DNA of 64,000 bases from Chloroflexota bacterium (lineage in GTDB: Bacteria; Chloroflexota; Anaerolineae; UBA4142), in contig JACQYF010000016.1 of assembly GCA_016208315.1 (NCBI GenBank), forward strand, positions 648-64,647, in the 5' to 3' direction. The translations under genes were made by a program, and so were the position numbers. Below the pieces are notes generated by a model. It did not search any database, was not told the DNA's origin, and worked only from the letters and a program-made list of their open reading frames with translations. Position 1 is the first letter of the stretch. Each line of letters begins with the position of its first letter. Positions 17,197 through 26,225 of the stretch are shown piece after piece.

Positions 17197-19058
17197 GCCT
17201 CACCTCCAACCCCCTTGCCCCCTTCCCCCTCTCCTGGACTGAACTTCAAGTCCAGGAGAGGGGGAAGGGGGTTGGGGGATAGGGGTGAGGGCAACGCGCG
17301 CGGCGCGACGCGGATGGCTTCCTCGGCGATGACCGCGGGCGTGAAATCGGCGACTTCGGCCGCGTATAAAATGTCGTAGCGATAGCCCTGCTCCGTGAGG
17401 AACATCTGGCGATGCGCCGAATAGTCCTGATCAATCGTGTCGTGACTGACGAGCGCGTAAAAGTGCGCGAGCAAGCCGCGCTTTTTGGGGCGCAGGATGC
17501 GACCGAGCCGCTGCGCTTCTTCCTGCCGCGAACCGAATGTGCCCGAAACCTGGATCGCGACGTTTGCATCCGGCAAATCAATCGAAAAGTTCGCCACCTT
17601 GGAAACGACGAGGCGTTTCAGTTCGCCCTTCCGCAGTTGATCGAATAGTTTCTCGCGTTCGCGGATGGGCGTCTCGCCCGTAATGAGGGGTGCGCCGAGC
17701 ATTTCGGACAGTTTGTGTAGCTGCGACAGGTAAACGCCGATGACGAGCACGGTATCGTCTTGGTGCTTGTACAGCAGTTCGCGCACCAACCCGAGCTTAG
17801 CCGGATTCTCTGCGGCGACGCGATATTTCTGTTCGTCGGGCGTGAGCGCGTATTCCATCCGCAAATCGTCGGGCAGCGGCACGCGAATTTCGTGGCACTC
17901 GGCGGTCGCGATCCAGCCCTGCTTCTCTAGGTCCTTCCACGGCACATCGTATTTCTTGGGGCCGACGAGTGAAAAGACATCGCCCTCGCGTCCATCTTCG
18001 CGCACGAGGGTCGCGGTCATGCCCAGGCGGCGGCGCGCCTGAATCTCCGCGGTGATGCGAAATACGGGCGCGGGCAGCAAGTGTACTTCGTCGTAAATGA
18101 TGAGACCCCAATCCAATTGATCGAAGAGCGCAAAGTGCGGGAACTCGTCGCGCAGATCGCGGATCGTCCCGCTGGCCTTCTTTTTGCGCGGATGGTAGGT
18201 CAGCACTTGGTATGTCGCAATGGTGACGGGCCGAATCTCTTTGTGCAAGCCGCTGTATTCGCCGATCTGATCTTGGGTGAGCGTCGTCTTGTCGAGCAGC
18301 TCGTTGATCCACTGCCGCGCGGCGACGGTGTTCGTCGTGAGAATGAGGGTGGCCGTTTGCAGCTTTTGCATTGCCGCGAGACCGACGATCGTTTTACCCG
18401 CGCCGCACGGCAGCACGATCACGCCGCTGCCGCCGCTCGGTCCGCCGCCCGCGTAGAAAACATCCGCGGCTTCGGACTGATAATGGCGCAGATTGAACGG
18501 CTCGGTCGTGATCGAGCCGGTGTCGCGGAGTTGCAGCGCGAGCTGTGCGCCTTCGACATAGCCGGCGAGGTCCTCGGCGGGATAGCCGATTTGCAGGAGA
18601 ATCTGCTTGATGCGCCCGCGGTCGCCGGGATTGATCTCAAAGCGCGTCGGGGCCAAGCGCGCTCGCAGAAACGGCGCGACCAACTTGTGCCGCGCCAGTT
18701 CGGTCATGAGCGGCTCGTCGTCGGACACGAGCAGCAGCTTGCCGTCTTCGAGCGTCAGCTTGACGCGCCCATAGCGCGAGATCGCCTCGACAATGTCTAC
18801 GCGCACGTTGTTGGGCAGCGGGTATTTGGCAAAGCGGGTGAGGTCGTCGAGGATTTTCTCGGCGGTCAAGCCCGCCGCGGCGGCATTCCAAAGCGAGAGC
18901 GGGGTCAGGCGGTAGGTGTGAATATGTTCGGGGGATTTTTCCAGTTCGGCAAATCGAGCGAGGGCGTCACGCGCATCCTGGTATAAATCGCTGTCAACTT
19001 CCAACAAAATCGTCTTGTCGCTCTGAACAATAATCGGGTTCTTGGAATTGAATTGCAT
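17193..19058 (-). CDS. xpb: XPB/ERCC3/Rad25-type SF2 DNA helicase
   Basis: N-terminal domain NPIIVQSDKTILLEV...HTYRLTPLSLWNA, Walker A LPCGAGKT, DEVH, the XPB RED motif (LVREDGREGD) and SGTFGSRQEEAQRLGRILR. ATG 19058 is preferred over the TTG at 19076 used by the track. Confidence 0.9.
   Translation of the reverse strand: MQFNSKNPIIVQSDKTILLEVDSDLYQDARDALARFAELEKSPEHIHTYRLTPLSLWNAAAAGLTAEKILDDLTRFAKYPLPNNVRVDIVEAISRYGRVKLTLEDGKLLLVSDDEPLMTELARHKLVAPFLRARLAPTRFEINPGDRGRIKQILLQIGYPAEDLAGYVEGAQLALQLRDTGSITTEPFNLRHYQSEAADVFYAGGGPSGGSGVIVLPCGAGKTIVGLAAMQKLQTATLILTTNTVAARQWINELLDKTTLTQDQIGEYSGLHKEIRPVTIATYQVLTYHPRKKKASGTIRDLRDEFPHFALFDQLDWGLIIYDEVHLLPAPVFRITAEIQARRRLGMTATLVREDGREGDVFSLVGPKKYDVPWKDLEKQGWIATAECHEIRVPLPDDLRMEYALTPDEQKYRVAAENPAKLGLVRELLYKHQDDTVLVIGVYLSQLHKLSEMLGAPLITGETPIREREKLFDQLRKGELKRLVVSKVANFSIDLPDANVAIQVSGTFGSRQEEAQRLGRILRPKKRGLLAHFYALVSHDTIDQDYSAHRQMFLTEQGYRYDILYAAEVADFTPAVIAEEAIRVAPRALPSPLSPNPLPPLLDLKFSPGEGEGGKGVGGEA
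17198..17290. repeat. Palindromic REP-like element translated as the XPB C-terminal tail
   Basis: Perfect 23-bp stem CCCCCTTCCCCCTCTCCTGGACT/AGTCCAGGAGAGGGGGAAGGGGG with an 8-nt loop, plus imperfect outer arms CCTCACC.../...GGTGAGG. Confidence 0.8.
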
Positions 19059-19087
19059 CCAGACATCTCTGGCCAAAAATTTTCATT

Positions 19088-19116
19088 GTTTTACCACCAA
19101 TCGGTACAAGTGTCAA
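19088..19116 (-). promoter_or_regulatory. Candidate promoter of the XPB operon
   Basis: Minus strand reads TTGACA-17 nt-TAAAAC, about 30 nt upstream of ATG 19058. Confidence 0.4.
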
Positions 19117-19202
19117 GAGATTTTCACTATTCTGTGGAGCGAGCGGCTCGCTCGCTCTAGGGCGTGCGAGCCGTTCGCTCTGGGACGGGCGAGCCGCCCG
19201 CC

Positions 19203-19703
19203 CTACGCCTTGTACCAGAGCAGCAAGCGGTTCTTGCCCACCTTCTTCACCACTTCTCCGACTTCGCCCGCGTAGATGCAGTGGCTGATGCACGCGGAGA
19301 CGCACGACGGCTGTCTCCCTTGTTCGAGCCGCTCGATACACAAATCGCATTTCTGCGCGACGCCCCGGTCCTCGTCGAACTGGATCACCCCGAAGGGACA
19401 CGCTTCCATACACATGCGACAGCCGTTGCACGTGTTGCCGTCAATCAAGACGATGCCATCCGCGCGGCGACTGATCGCGTTTTCCGGGCACGCGTCCATG
19501 CACTTTGGCTCATGGCAGTGCATACAGTGCGCGACCGAATAGCGTAGTTGCAGCTTGCCCTCGATCAGCCGCGGTTCGTTCCGAAAAACCGTGACCCATT
19601 GCGGCCCGACCGGCAGATCGTGCTCCTGCTTACACGCCACCGAACAGGACAAGCAGCCGCAACACGCGGCCGTATCCACTGCCAGCGCATATTCCTTCGT
19701 CAT
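19203..19703 (-). CDS. 4x[4Fe-4S] ferredoxin-type subunit of the Mo/W oxidoreductase
   Basis: Starts MTKEYALAVD. Cys clusters are CCGCLSCSVAC, CMHCHEPKCMDACP, CNGCRMCMEACP and CDLC...CVSAC. Its ATG overlaps the stop of the upstream gene (ATGA). Confidence 0.85.
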   Translation of the reverse strand: MTKEYALAVDTAACCGCLSCSVACKQEHDLPVGPQWVTVFRNEPRLIEGKLQLRYSVAHCMHCHEPKCMDACPENAISRRADGIVLIDGNTCNGCRMCMEACPFGVIQFDEDRGVAQKCDLCIERLEQGRQPSCVSACISHCIYAGEVGEVVKKVGKNRLLLWYKA

Positions 19704-21829
19704 TGCCGCGCCCCCTCCACCGGATAGATTTTGCACAGCAGCACGCGCAAGTTGCTCGCGCCCATCGCCTGGTCCAAACCGCTGGGATCGTTGTCGGTGA
19801 GAATGTTCGAGTTCGATTCTTTCCAGCCGTGATCGGGCGTCTTGACCTCGGGGAACCACCAGCCGTGTTGAATGGCGACCACGCGCGGGCTGAGGCCGAT
19901 GGTCAGCTTGGCGCGCTGCTTGATCTTGCCGCGCGGCGATTCGATGTACACCCAGTCGCCTTCTTCGATCGCGTGCTGCTTGGCCGTGTCGGGGTGAATC
20001 TCGACGATGGGGTCGGGGTGCAGCTCGCGCAGCCAGGGGATCATGCGATGCTCGGAATGGAAAAAGACCGGCGTGCGGGCGCCTGTGATGAGAATGTACG
20101 GATACTCTTTGAGCAAGTCGGGACGGCTGATCGGACTTTCGGGCACTTCCTTGTACTTGGGCAAGGGATCGTACTTCAAGTCGTTGAGAATCGTCGAGTA
20201 AAATTCAACCTTCTTTGTCGGCGTGGAGAATCCTTTCTGCTCGTGCTTGCGATAGGTCACCGTGCCGCGCAAGAACGGCAAGTCCTTGACTTGCTGCCAC
20301 GTCAACCCCGCGGGCTTGAGAATCCCATCCAAATCTTCCTCGACATTTTCGCCCCAGTCTTCCTGGCCGACGCGTTTGCCGAGTTCGTGGAACATTTCGA
20401 AATCCGATTTGCACTCGCCGATCTGGACGATTTTCTTGCGCGGGAAGATGTAGCCGTGGCGGAAGAAAAAGCCGCCGAGGTAGTCGGCTTCGAGCCACGT
20501 CGCGGCCGGCAGCACGATGTCGGCCAGCTCGGCGGTCGGGGTCATGAAGAAATCGGACACGGTGAGGAATTCGAGCGCGCTGAGCGCGCGGTAGACCTCT
20601 TGCGAGTTCTCGCGCGTCACCACCGGATTCGAGCCATGAATCATCATGGCTTTGACTGGGTACGGTTCGCCGTTGAGGATCGCGTTCCACACCATTTTGG
20701 GCGTGATGACGTTGATGCGCGCCGCGAGCCGAAAGACATCGCCGCCAAGCATCTTGGCGCGCTTGTCCGGGGGGAGCGCCTCGTGCGCGGCGAACTGGCC
20801 GATGTTCTGCGCTTTGGGCGGCGTGTAGAACACGTTGCCGCCTTTGGCGTCGAGATTGCCGGTCATCGCGACGAGATAGATCAGCGTGCGGTCGTTGTCA
20901 ATGCAGTTGATGGACTGCTCGATAGCGACGCCCCATTGAATCGCCGCCGGCTTGGTCTGCGCGAAGAGGCGTGCTGCCTCGCGAATCTTGTCCTGCGGCA
21001 CCCACGTGATCTGCTCGACCTTGTCGAGGGGATATTCACTCGCCCGCTGGACGAACTCGTCCCAGCCGTGGACGTAGTTGGCAATGAACTCTTTGTCGTA
21101 TAACCCTTCTTGGATGATGACGTTCGCGATGCCGAGCATGAGCGCGGTATCGCTGCCGGGCCGCAGTTGCAGCCACACGTCGGCGCGTCCCGCGAGATAG
21201 GTGAGCCGCGGATCCACGACAATCAATTTCGATCCTTGCGAGAGCACACGCATGAGGTTCTCGCCGGTGTATTCGTCGGCGTTGTTCCAGACGACGTTGT
21301 TGCCCCAGACGACGACGCACTGCGGATCGCCTTCGTAATCCACGATCGGCAATTTGCCGCAGACCGAGAGCGCGGTGACGACCCGCGACAAGTAACACAT
21401 ATAGCCCGCGCCCATCACGTTCGGCGTGCCAAGCAGGTTGGCAAAGCGGGAGAGGAACGACTCAAATTCGCGCGAGGTCCCCTGTCCGAGGACGATGGAC
21501 TCGGCGCCGAATTGGGCTTTATAGTGATAGAGCTTGTGGGCGATGGTGTCGAACGCCTCTTCCCACGAGATGCGTTCCCATTTGCCCTCGCCGCGCGCGC
21601 CCACGCGCTTTTGAGGATATTTGAGCCGGTCGGGATGGTAGACCAATTGTTTAAAGGCGAGGCCCTTGCTGCAGATCGTCCCGTGATTCGTGGGGAAATC
21701 CGGGTCGCCTTCGATCTTGTCAATGACGCCATCTTTCATGTAGACGAGGACGCCGCAGCCGCCGTGGCAGGCGCGGCAATTCGTCCGAATCACTTTTTCG
21801 CCTGTCGCCATGTCCGCAGTAATCATCAA
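19700..21829 (-). CDS. Molybdopterin/tungstopterin (bis-MGD) oxidoreductase catalytic subunit, cytoplasmic
   Basis: 709 aa. N-terminal 4Fe-4S motif CRACHGGCGV...C(S)KG. No Tat signal. Paralog of 57679..59763. Confidence 0.9.
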   Translation of the reverse strand: MMITADMATGEKVIRTNCRACHGGCGVLVYMKDGVIDKIEGDPDFPTNHGTICSKGLAFKQLVYHPDRLKYPQKRVGARGEGKWERISWEEAFDTIAHKLYHYKAQFGAESIVLGQGTSREFESFLSRFANLLGTPNVMGAGYMCYLSRVVTALSVCGKLPIVDYEGDPQCVVVWGNNVVWNNADEYTGENLMRVLSQGSKLIVVDPRLTYLAGRADVWLQLRPGSDTALMLGIANVIIQEGLYDKEFIANYVHGWDEFVQRASEYPLDKVEQITWVPQDKIREAARLFAQTKPAAIQWGVAIEQSINCIDNDRTLIYLVAMTGNLDAKGGNVFYTPPKAQNIGQFAAHEALPPDKRAKMLGGDVFRLAARINVITPKMVWNAILNGEPYPVKAMMIHGSNPVVTRENSQEVYRALSALEFLTVSDFFMTPTAELADIVLPAATWLEADYLGGFFFRHGYIFPRKKIVQIGECKSDFEMFHELGKRVGQEDWGENVEEDLDGILKPAGLTWQQVKDLPFLRGTVTYRKHEQKGFSTPTKKVEFYSTILNDLKYDPLPKYKEVPESPISRPDLLKEYPYILITGARTPVFFHSEHRMIPWLRELHPDPIVEIHPDTAKQHAIEEGDWVYIESPRGKIKQRAKLTIGLSPRVVAIQHGWWFPEVKTPDHGWKESNSNILTDNDPSGLDQAMGASNLRVLLCKIYPVEGARQ

Positions 21830-21847
21830 GACTCCTTGAAAAAGTTT

Positions 21848-23086
21848 TTATCTGATCGCAATTTCCTTGATCTCTTGCTCGGTCAAGACGCGGCGCGCCT
21901 GTTTTGCCGCGTCCAAGATCGCCTTGACGAGTTCGTCCGTCGCCGCGATGCGTTGCTGCGCGAGCCAAAAGCGCACGTTGTGCTCGCCGCTCATCGGCCC
22001 AATCTCGATGGTTTGTTTCAGCCCGAACATGTCCGCGGGGACCGCCGAGTAAACCCGATTCGCCAGCCAATCCTCGCCGCGGCGGAATGCTTTGACGACC
22101 GCGGCGGCGTGTACGCCGGATTGCGTGCGAAAGGCATCCGCGCCGAAAGCGGGATAGTTCACCGGGATGGGTGTCTCGGTCGCGCGGGCGGCCAGCTCGA
22201 CGTACTCTTTGAGTTGGCTCAAGTCGTTGTCAATCCAACCCAACAATTTCATGTTGACGAGGAGTTGATCCATGGCGGCGTTGCCGCAGCGTTCGCCGAT
22301 GCCGAGCGCGCAGCCGTGAATTCGCGTCGCGCCCGCGCTGACCGCCGCGAGCGTGTTGAGCGCGCCAAACCCGCGATCGTTGTGCCCGTGAAAATCAATC
22401 CCTACCTCCGCGCCGGTCTGCTGGACGATTTCCGTGGCAAACTCGATCAGGTTCGTGACGCCCGACGGCGTCGCGTGTCCGACCGTATCGCAGAAACAAA
22501 TGCGCGTCGCGCCGCACTCGATCGCGGTCGTGTACAATTGGCGGAGAACCTCCGGCTCGGCGCGCGTCGTATCCTCAGTGACGAACATGATTTGCAGGCC
22601 GTGCTTGACGACGAAGGTGATCGAGTCTCGGATATTCTTCAACATCGTCGCGAGATCCCACTCTTCGACATAGCGGCGAATCGGACTCGAGCCGATGAAA
22701 CCGGTCGCTTCGATGGGCATTCCGACCGCATCGCAAATGCGGAGGAGCGGCTCGAAATCCGCGACGAGCGTTCGGCACGAGACGTTCGCGGCGATGCGCA
22801 AGCGACAGTCGCGGATTTCCCGCGCGAGCGCGGTGATATGTTCGACCGCGACCGCGCCGTTGGCGGGAAAACCGAGGTTCGCGGTGTCAATTCCAACCGC
22901 GTCCATCAGGCGCAGCAGGTGGATTTTTTCCGCGATGGCGGGCGTACGCACCGACGGCGACTGTAAACCATCGCGCAGCGTCTCGTCGTTCAACTGCGGA
23001 CGCTGGCGCGGCGGCGTCAACGTCTCGTGTACCGCGTTCCAATCGTAGATCAACTGCGGCGATTGCGCCGGTTCTTGGGGATTCAT
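21848..23086 (-). CDS. HMGL-like / LeuA-family (pyruvate carboxyltransferase domain) enzyme
   Basis: LNDETLRDGLQSP motif and a TIM-barrel-type layout. ATG 23086 is preceded by GGAGGCGGAG. Confidence 0.75.
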   Translation of the reverse strand: MNPQEPAQSPQLIYDWNAVHETLTPPRQRPQLNDETLRDGLQSPSVRTPAIAEKIHLLRLMDAVGIDTANLGFPANGAVAVEHITALAREIRDCRLRIAANVSCRTLVADFEPLLRICDAVGMPIEATGFIGSSPIRRYVEEWDLATMLKNIRDSITFVVKHGLQIMFVTEDTTRAEPEVLRQLYTTAIECGATRICFCDTVGHATPSGVTNLIEFATEIVQQTGAEVGIDFHGHNDRGFGALNTLAAVSAGATRIHGCALGIGERCGNAAMDQLLVNMKLLGWIDNDLSQLKEYVELAARATETPIPVNYPAFGADAFRTQSGVHAAAVVKAFRRGEDWLANRVYSAVPADMFGLKQTIEIGPMSGEHNVRFWLAQQRIAATDELVKAILDAAKQARRVLTEQEIKEIAIR

Positions 23087-23097
23087 CTCCGCCTCCA

Positions 23098-24033
23098 CTA
23101 GAACTTGACCGCGCCGGGGCCCTTCAGCCCCAGCATCGCGCGCATCTCGTCCGGCGTCGCGATCTCGCGCTCGAATTCACGCGCGAGGCGGACGACCTTT
23201 TCGACGAGTTGGGCATTGGTCGCCAGTTCGCCGCGCCGAACGTAGATGTTGTCTTCCAAGCCAACGCGCACGTGCCCGCCCAGCATGATCGCCATTGCCG
23301 CCATGTTGAATTCTTGCGGATAGCCGACGCCGATGACCGACCAGCGATAATTTTCCGGGCCAAACAAGCGATCCGCGGTGGCTTTCATCGTGAGCAAGTC
23401 TTCGGGCGTTGCGCCCAATCCGCCGAGAACACCCAGCACGAACTGAATCCAAAAGGGCGGAGTGACGAATCCGGATTTCATGAGGAAGCGCAGGTTGTAC
23501 AGATGCCCCACATCGTACGCCTCGAATTCGGGGCGCACGCCGCATTCCTTCATCGTGGCGCTGTAGAGTTCCATGTCGCCAAAGGTATTTCGGAAGATAA
23601 AGTCTTTGGACGCTTGGACGTTGGCCGGTTCCCAGTCGTAGCGATAATCTTCGGGTTTGTATCGGCGCCCCACGGGATGAATCGAGAAATTGATGCTGCC
23701 GAGATTGAAAGAGGCCAGTTCGGGCTGATAGCGCGGAATCGCGCGCAGGCGCTCTTGCGGCGACATGCCCATCCCGCCCCCCGTGGTGATGCCGATAACG
23801 GCGTTGCAGCCGGACTTGATTCCCGTCAACACCGGGCTGTACAGATCGGGGTCCGACGCGGGTCGGCCATCGCGCGGATCGCGCGCGTGGACGTGGACGG
23901 CCGCCGCACCGGCTTGCGCGCAGGCGATCCCGTCCGCCGCCAAGTGCTCTGCCGTGAAGGGCAGGTGCGGCGTCTGCGTGGGCAGCGTGATCGCGCCGGT
24001 GAGCGCCGCAGTGATGATCAACTTGTCGGTCAT
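23098..24033 (-). CDS. Beta-keto acid cleavage enzyme (BKACE/DUF849, Kce-like)
   Basis: MTDKLIITAALTGA...AAAVHVHARDPRDGRPS is typical of the family. RBS GAGGAG lies before ATG 24033. Confidence 0.8.
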   Translation of the reverse strand: MTDKLIITAALTGAITLPTQTPHLPFTAEHLAADGIACAQAGAAAVHVHARDPRDGRPASDPDLYSPVLTGIKSGCNAVIGITTGGGMGMSPQERLRAIPRYQPELASFNLGSINFSIHPVGRRYKPEDYRYDWEPANVQASKDFIFRNTFGDMELYSATMKECGVRPEFEAYDVGHLYNLRFLMKSGFVTPPFWIQFVLGVLGGLGATPEDLLTMKATADRLFGPENYRWSVIGVGYPQEFNMAAMAIMLGGHVRVGLEDNIYVRRGELATNAQLVEKVVRLAREFEREIATPDEMRAMLGLKGPGAVKF

Positions 24034-24045
24034 GATTCTCCTCGT

Positions 24046-24078
24046 AGACCTCACCGGTCTCAGAGACCTGTGAGGTCT
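24046..24078. repeat. AGACCT-N3-AGGTCT palindromic repeat, copy 1
   Basis: AGACCTCACCGGTCTCAGAGACCTGTGAGGTCT fills the CocE-BKACE spacer and contains the CocE stop codon. Confidence 0.75.
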
Positions 24079-25780
24079 ATTTCAAGATGCCGCCGGACAT
24101 GAACGTTCCAATGCGATTGCCCTGTGTGATCGGCACGAGCAAGTGCGATGGATATTGATTGTTGTGATATACCGTCACCTGCGAGCGCGTTTCTCGCCAC
24201 AAATGCCCCAAGCCGTGTTGGTCCAGAAAATCAGTCGCCTGGTCGTCTTTATCGGCGCACTTGATCCGTATTCCAAACCGATACCCCGGCTTGAACAAAA
24301 CGCCCGTGGGCACGATGGCGATGTTGAATTCGTACACCTCGCCCGGAATGAGCGGCTCGCGCGCAGCGTGCGAATGGTAGGGCAACCACGGACGCGACTT
24401 GGTGGGGTCAATGCGCCGCTGCGACCCGCGCAGCCAACCGCGCGTCAGAACCTTTTCGTTCCCCGCCTCATCCACCTGAAGAAAATTTACGAACCAAAGC
24501 GCTTCGGTGTCGGTGGCAGACGCATACAGATTGAGTACCATCGGTCCGCACACTTCTGTGTTCTCGACCATCGGCGGCGTCAAGAAGGTCAACGAGCCGT
24601 GGTCCTCCGGGAGATCGTGGAAGGTTGAGGCGGTCTCGTGCGGCAAGATTTCGTGCTCCGAGAGCAGCCCATTTTCGTGCAAATAAAATTCCGTCCATTG
24701 GGTCTCCGGCAGGGGCCACTCGTGCGCCGATTTCCACTCGCCGGTATTCTGGATGAACAGTTGGATGGGCGGTTCGCCCATTATACCCGTGTCAATGCGT
24801 TTTAGCCAAAAGTCGAACCAGCGCAGCGATTCGTAGTGATACTGGTAAACGGGGCGGTCGAGGTATAGCGGCGGCCCGATGGTCAGCTTTTTGGGACCCT
24901 TCCAGTTTTCAAACGTTCTGAAATCGCCCGGCAAGTGTAACGAGTGCATCGCCCAGCAGCCGCCGAAATAGCCGGGAATTTCCACGTCCACGTCAAAGCG
25001 CACTGTTTTTTCCTTGTAGAGGTCCGTATCCAGATAATTCAAAAGGTACTCGACGATGAGCATGTTGCCGCCCGCGTCCGGATTCTGGAGGATCTGGACG
25101 AGTTCGGGGTGAATGTTAATCTCAGGGTCCTGCAGCGCTTGCTCGATCTGCCGATTGAACTCTGCGTTCCCAATTTTTTCTCGGTACTCTTTTCGCACGC
25201 GGAGATTGCTCAAACTCTTGAGCCAGAAAGGATGGAAGACGAATGCAAAAATTCCGCCTTGAAAAATCGCGTCGCGATATTGATCCGTTACTCCAAACGG
25301 CGCGAAAATCGTTTTTAGCGACGGGGGTTTCAATTCGGCAACCCGCTTGGCCGTCATCGAGAAATACGACGTGCCAAACGTCGCGACCTGTCCGTCGCAC
25401 CAGGGTTGTCGCGCCAACCATTCGATGGCATCGTATAAATCGCGCGTCGTTCCATCGCCGAGGTGATCGAACAAGCCGCCGGACAGCCCGGTGCCGCGTA
25501 CGTTGACAAACACGTGCGCGTAACCGCGCCGCACGTAAAAGTTATAGTCGCCGGATTCCATAGATACGTTTCGACCACTGACCGCCACCGGCATCATTGA
25601 TTTGAGCATGTTGTCTTTGTCGAACGGGAAAAAACCGACGATGCACGGAAACCGGTCGGGCGAATTGGGTCGCACGATGTCGCAATCGAGTGTGAATCCG
25701 GCGCTCACAGGAATCGCGACGTTGCGTTCGTGTACGACGTCGTATTGCCGCGGCGACGTTTGCCATTTTTTCGATAACAT
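24077..25780 (-). CDS. CocE/NonD-family (X-Pro dipeptidyl-peptidase S15-like) hydrolase
   Basis: About 567 aa with VNVRGTGLSGG and a C-terminal beta-sandwich-like region. Met 25780 avoids overlap with the VOC gene and has GGAGAG upstream. Confidence 0.75.
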   Translation of the reverse strand: MLSKKWQTSPRQYDVVHERNVAIPVSAGFTLDCDIVRPNSPDRFPCIVGFFPFDKDNMLKSMMPVAVSGRNVSMESGDYNFYVRRGYAHVFVNVRGTGLSGGLFDHLGDGTTRDLYDAIEWLARQPWCDGQVATFGTSYFSMTAKRVAELKPPSLKTIFAPFGVTDQYRDAIFQGGIFAFVFHPFWLKSLSNLRVRKEYREKIGNAEFNRQIEQALQDPEINIHPELVQILQNPDAGGNMLIVEYLLNYLDTDLYKEKTVRFDVDVEIPGYFGGCWAMHSLHLPGDFRTFENWKGPKKLTIGPPLYLDRPVYQYHYESLRWFDFWLKRIDTGIMGEPPIQLFIQNTGEWKSAHEWPLPETQWTEFYLHENGLLSEHEILPHETASTFHDLPEDHGSLTFLTPPMVENTEVCGPMVLNLYASATDTEALWFVNFLQVDEAGNEKVLTRGWLRGSQRRIDPTKSRPWLPYHSHAAREPLIPGEVYEFNIAIVPTGVLFKPGYRFGIRIKCADKDDQATDFLDQHGLGHLWRETRSQVTVYHNNQYPSHLLVPITQGNRIGTFMSGGILK

Positions 25781-25784
25781 GCGT

Positions 25785-26222
25785 CTAGACTCTCCAGAGG
25801 TTTGGCTGTTGGACAAGTTCAATCAGGTTTCCAGCATTGTCGCGAATGAATGCGAACGACTGGTCGCCGATGACGGTCGTGTCCATAGCAACGTCTACGC
25901 CGCGCCGTTTCAACTCGGCGACCACGACGCGAATATCCGGCACGGCGAGAGCGACGTGCTTTGTTCCATGCGTGCGGAGGTCCAGATTGGGATAGCGGCG
26001 CTCGTCGGGCAGCGGCGCGGCGCCCGTAACCTCGAATAGCTCGACGAGAAAGTCGCCATGCTTTAGTACGGCGACCTTCGCGGATGCCGCATCCAGAGTG
26101 ACGCGCTCCTTGAGGACAAAGCCCAGCATGTCGCGGTACCATGCGATGGACGCTTCGAGATCCGGAACGCTGATTCCGCAGTGGTGAGGTTTCACTTCAA
26201 AGCCAGTGATTCGGGTATTCAT
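25785..26222 (-). CDS. VOC/glyoxalase-family protein
   Basis: HHCGISVPDLEASIAWYRDMLGF and HVALAVPD motifs. Confidence 0.8.
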   Translation of the reverse strand: MNTRITGFEVKPHHCGISVPDLEASIAWYRDMLGFVLKERVTLDAASAKVAVLKHGDFLVELFEVTGAAPLPDERRYPNLDLRTHGTKHVALAVPDIRVVVAELKRRGVDVAMDTTVIGDQSFAFIRDNAGNLIELVQQPNLWRV

Positions 26223-26225
26223 ATC

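Noticed and set aside
19703-22966. Long plus-strand ORFs (466 aa and 618 aa) opposite the Mo/W oxidoreductase and LeuA-like genes
   Set aside because: They are Arg/Ala/Gly-rich translations with no motifs. They are typical antisense open frames of high-GC DNA, and the minus-strand genes carry clear family motifs.
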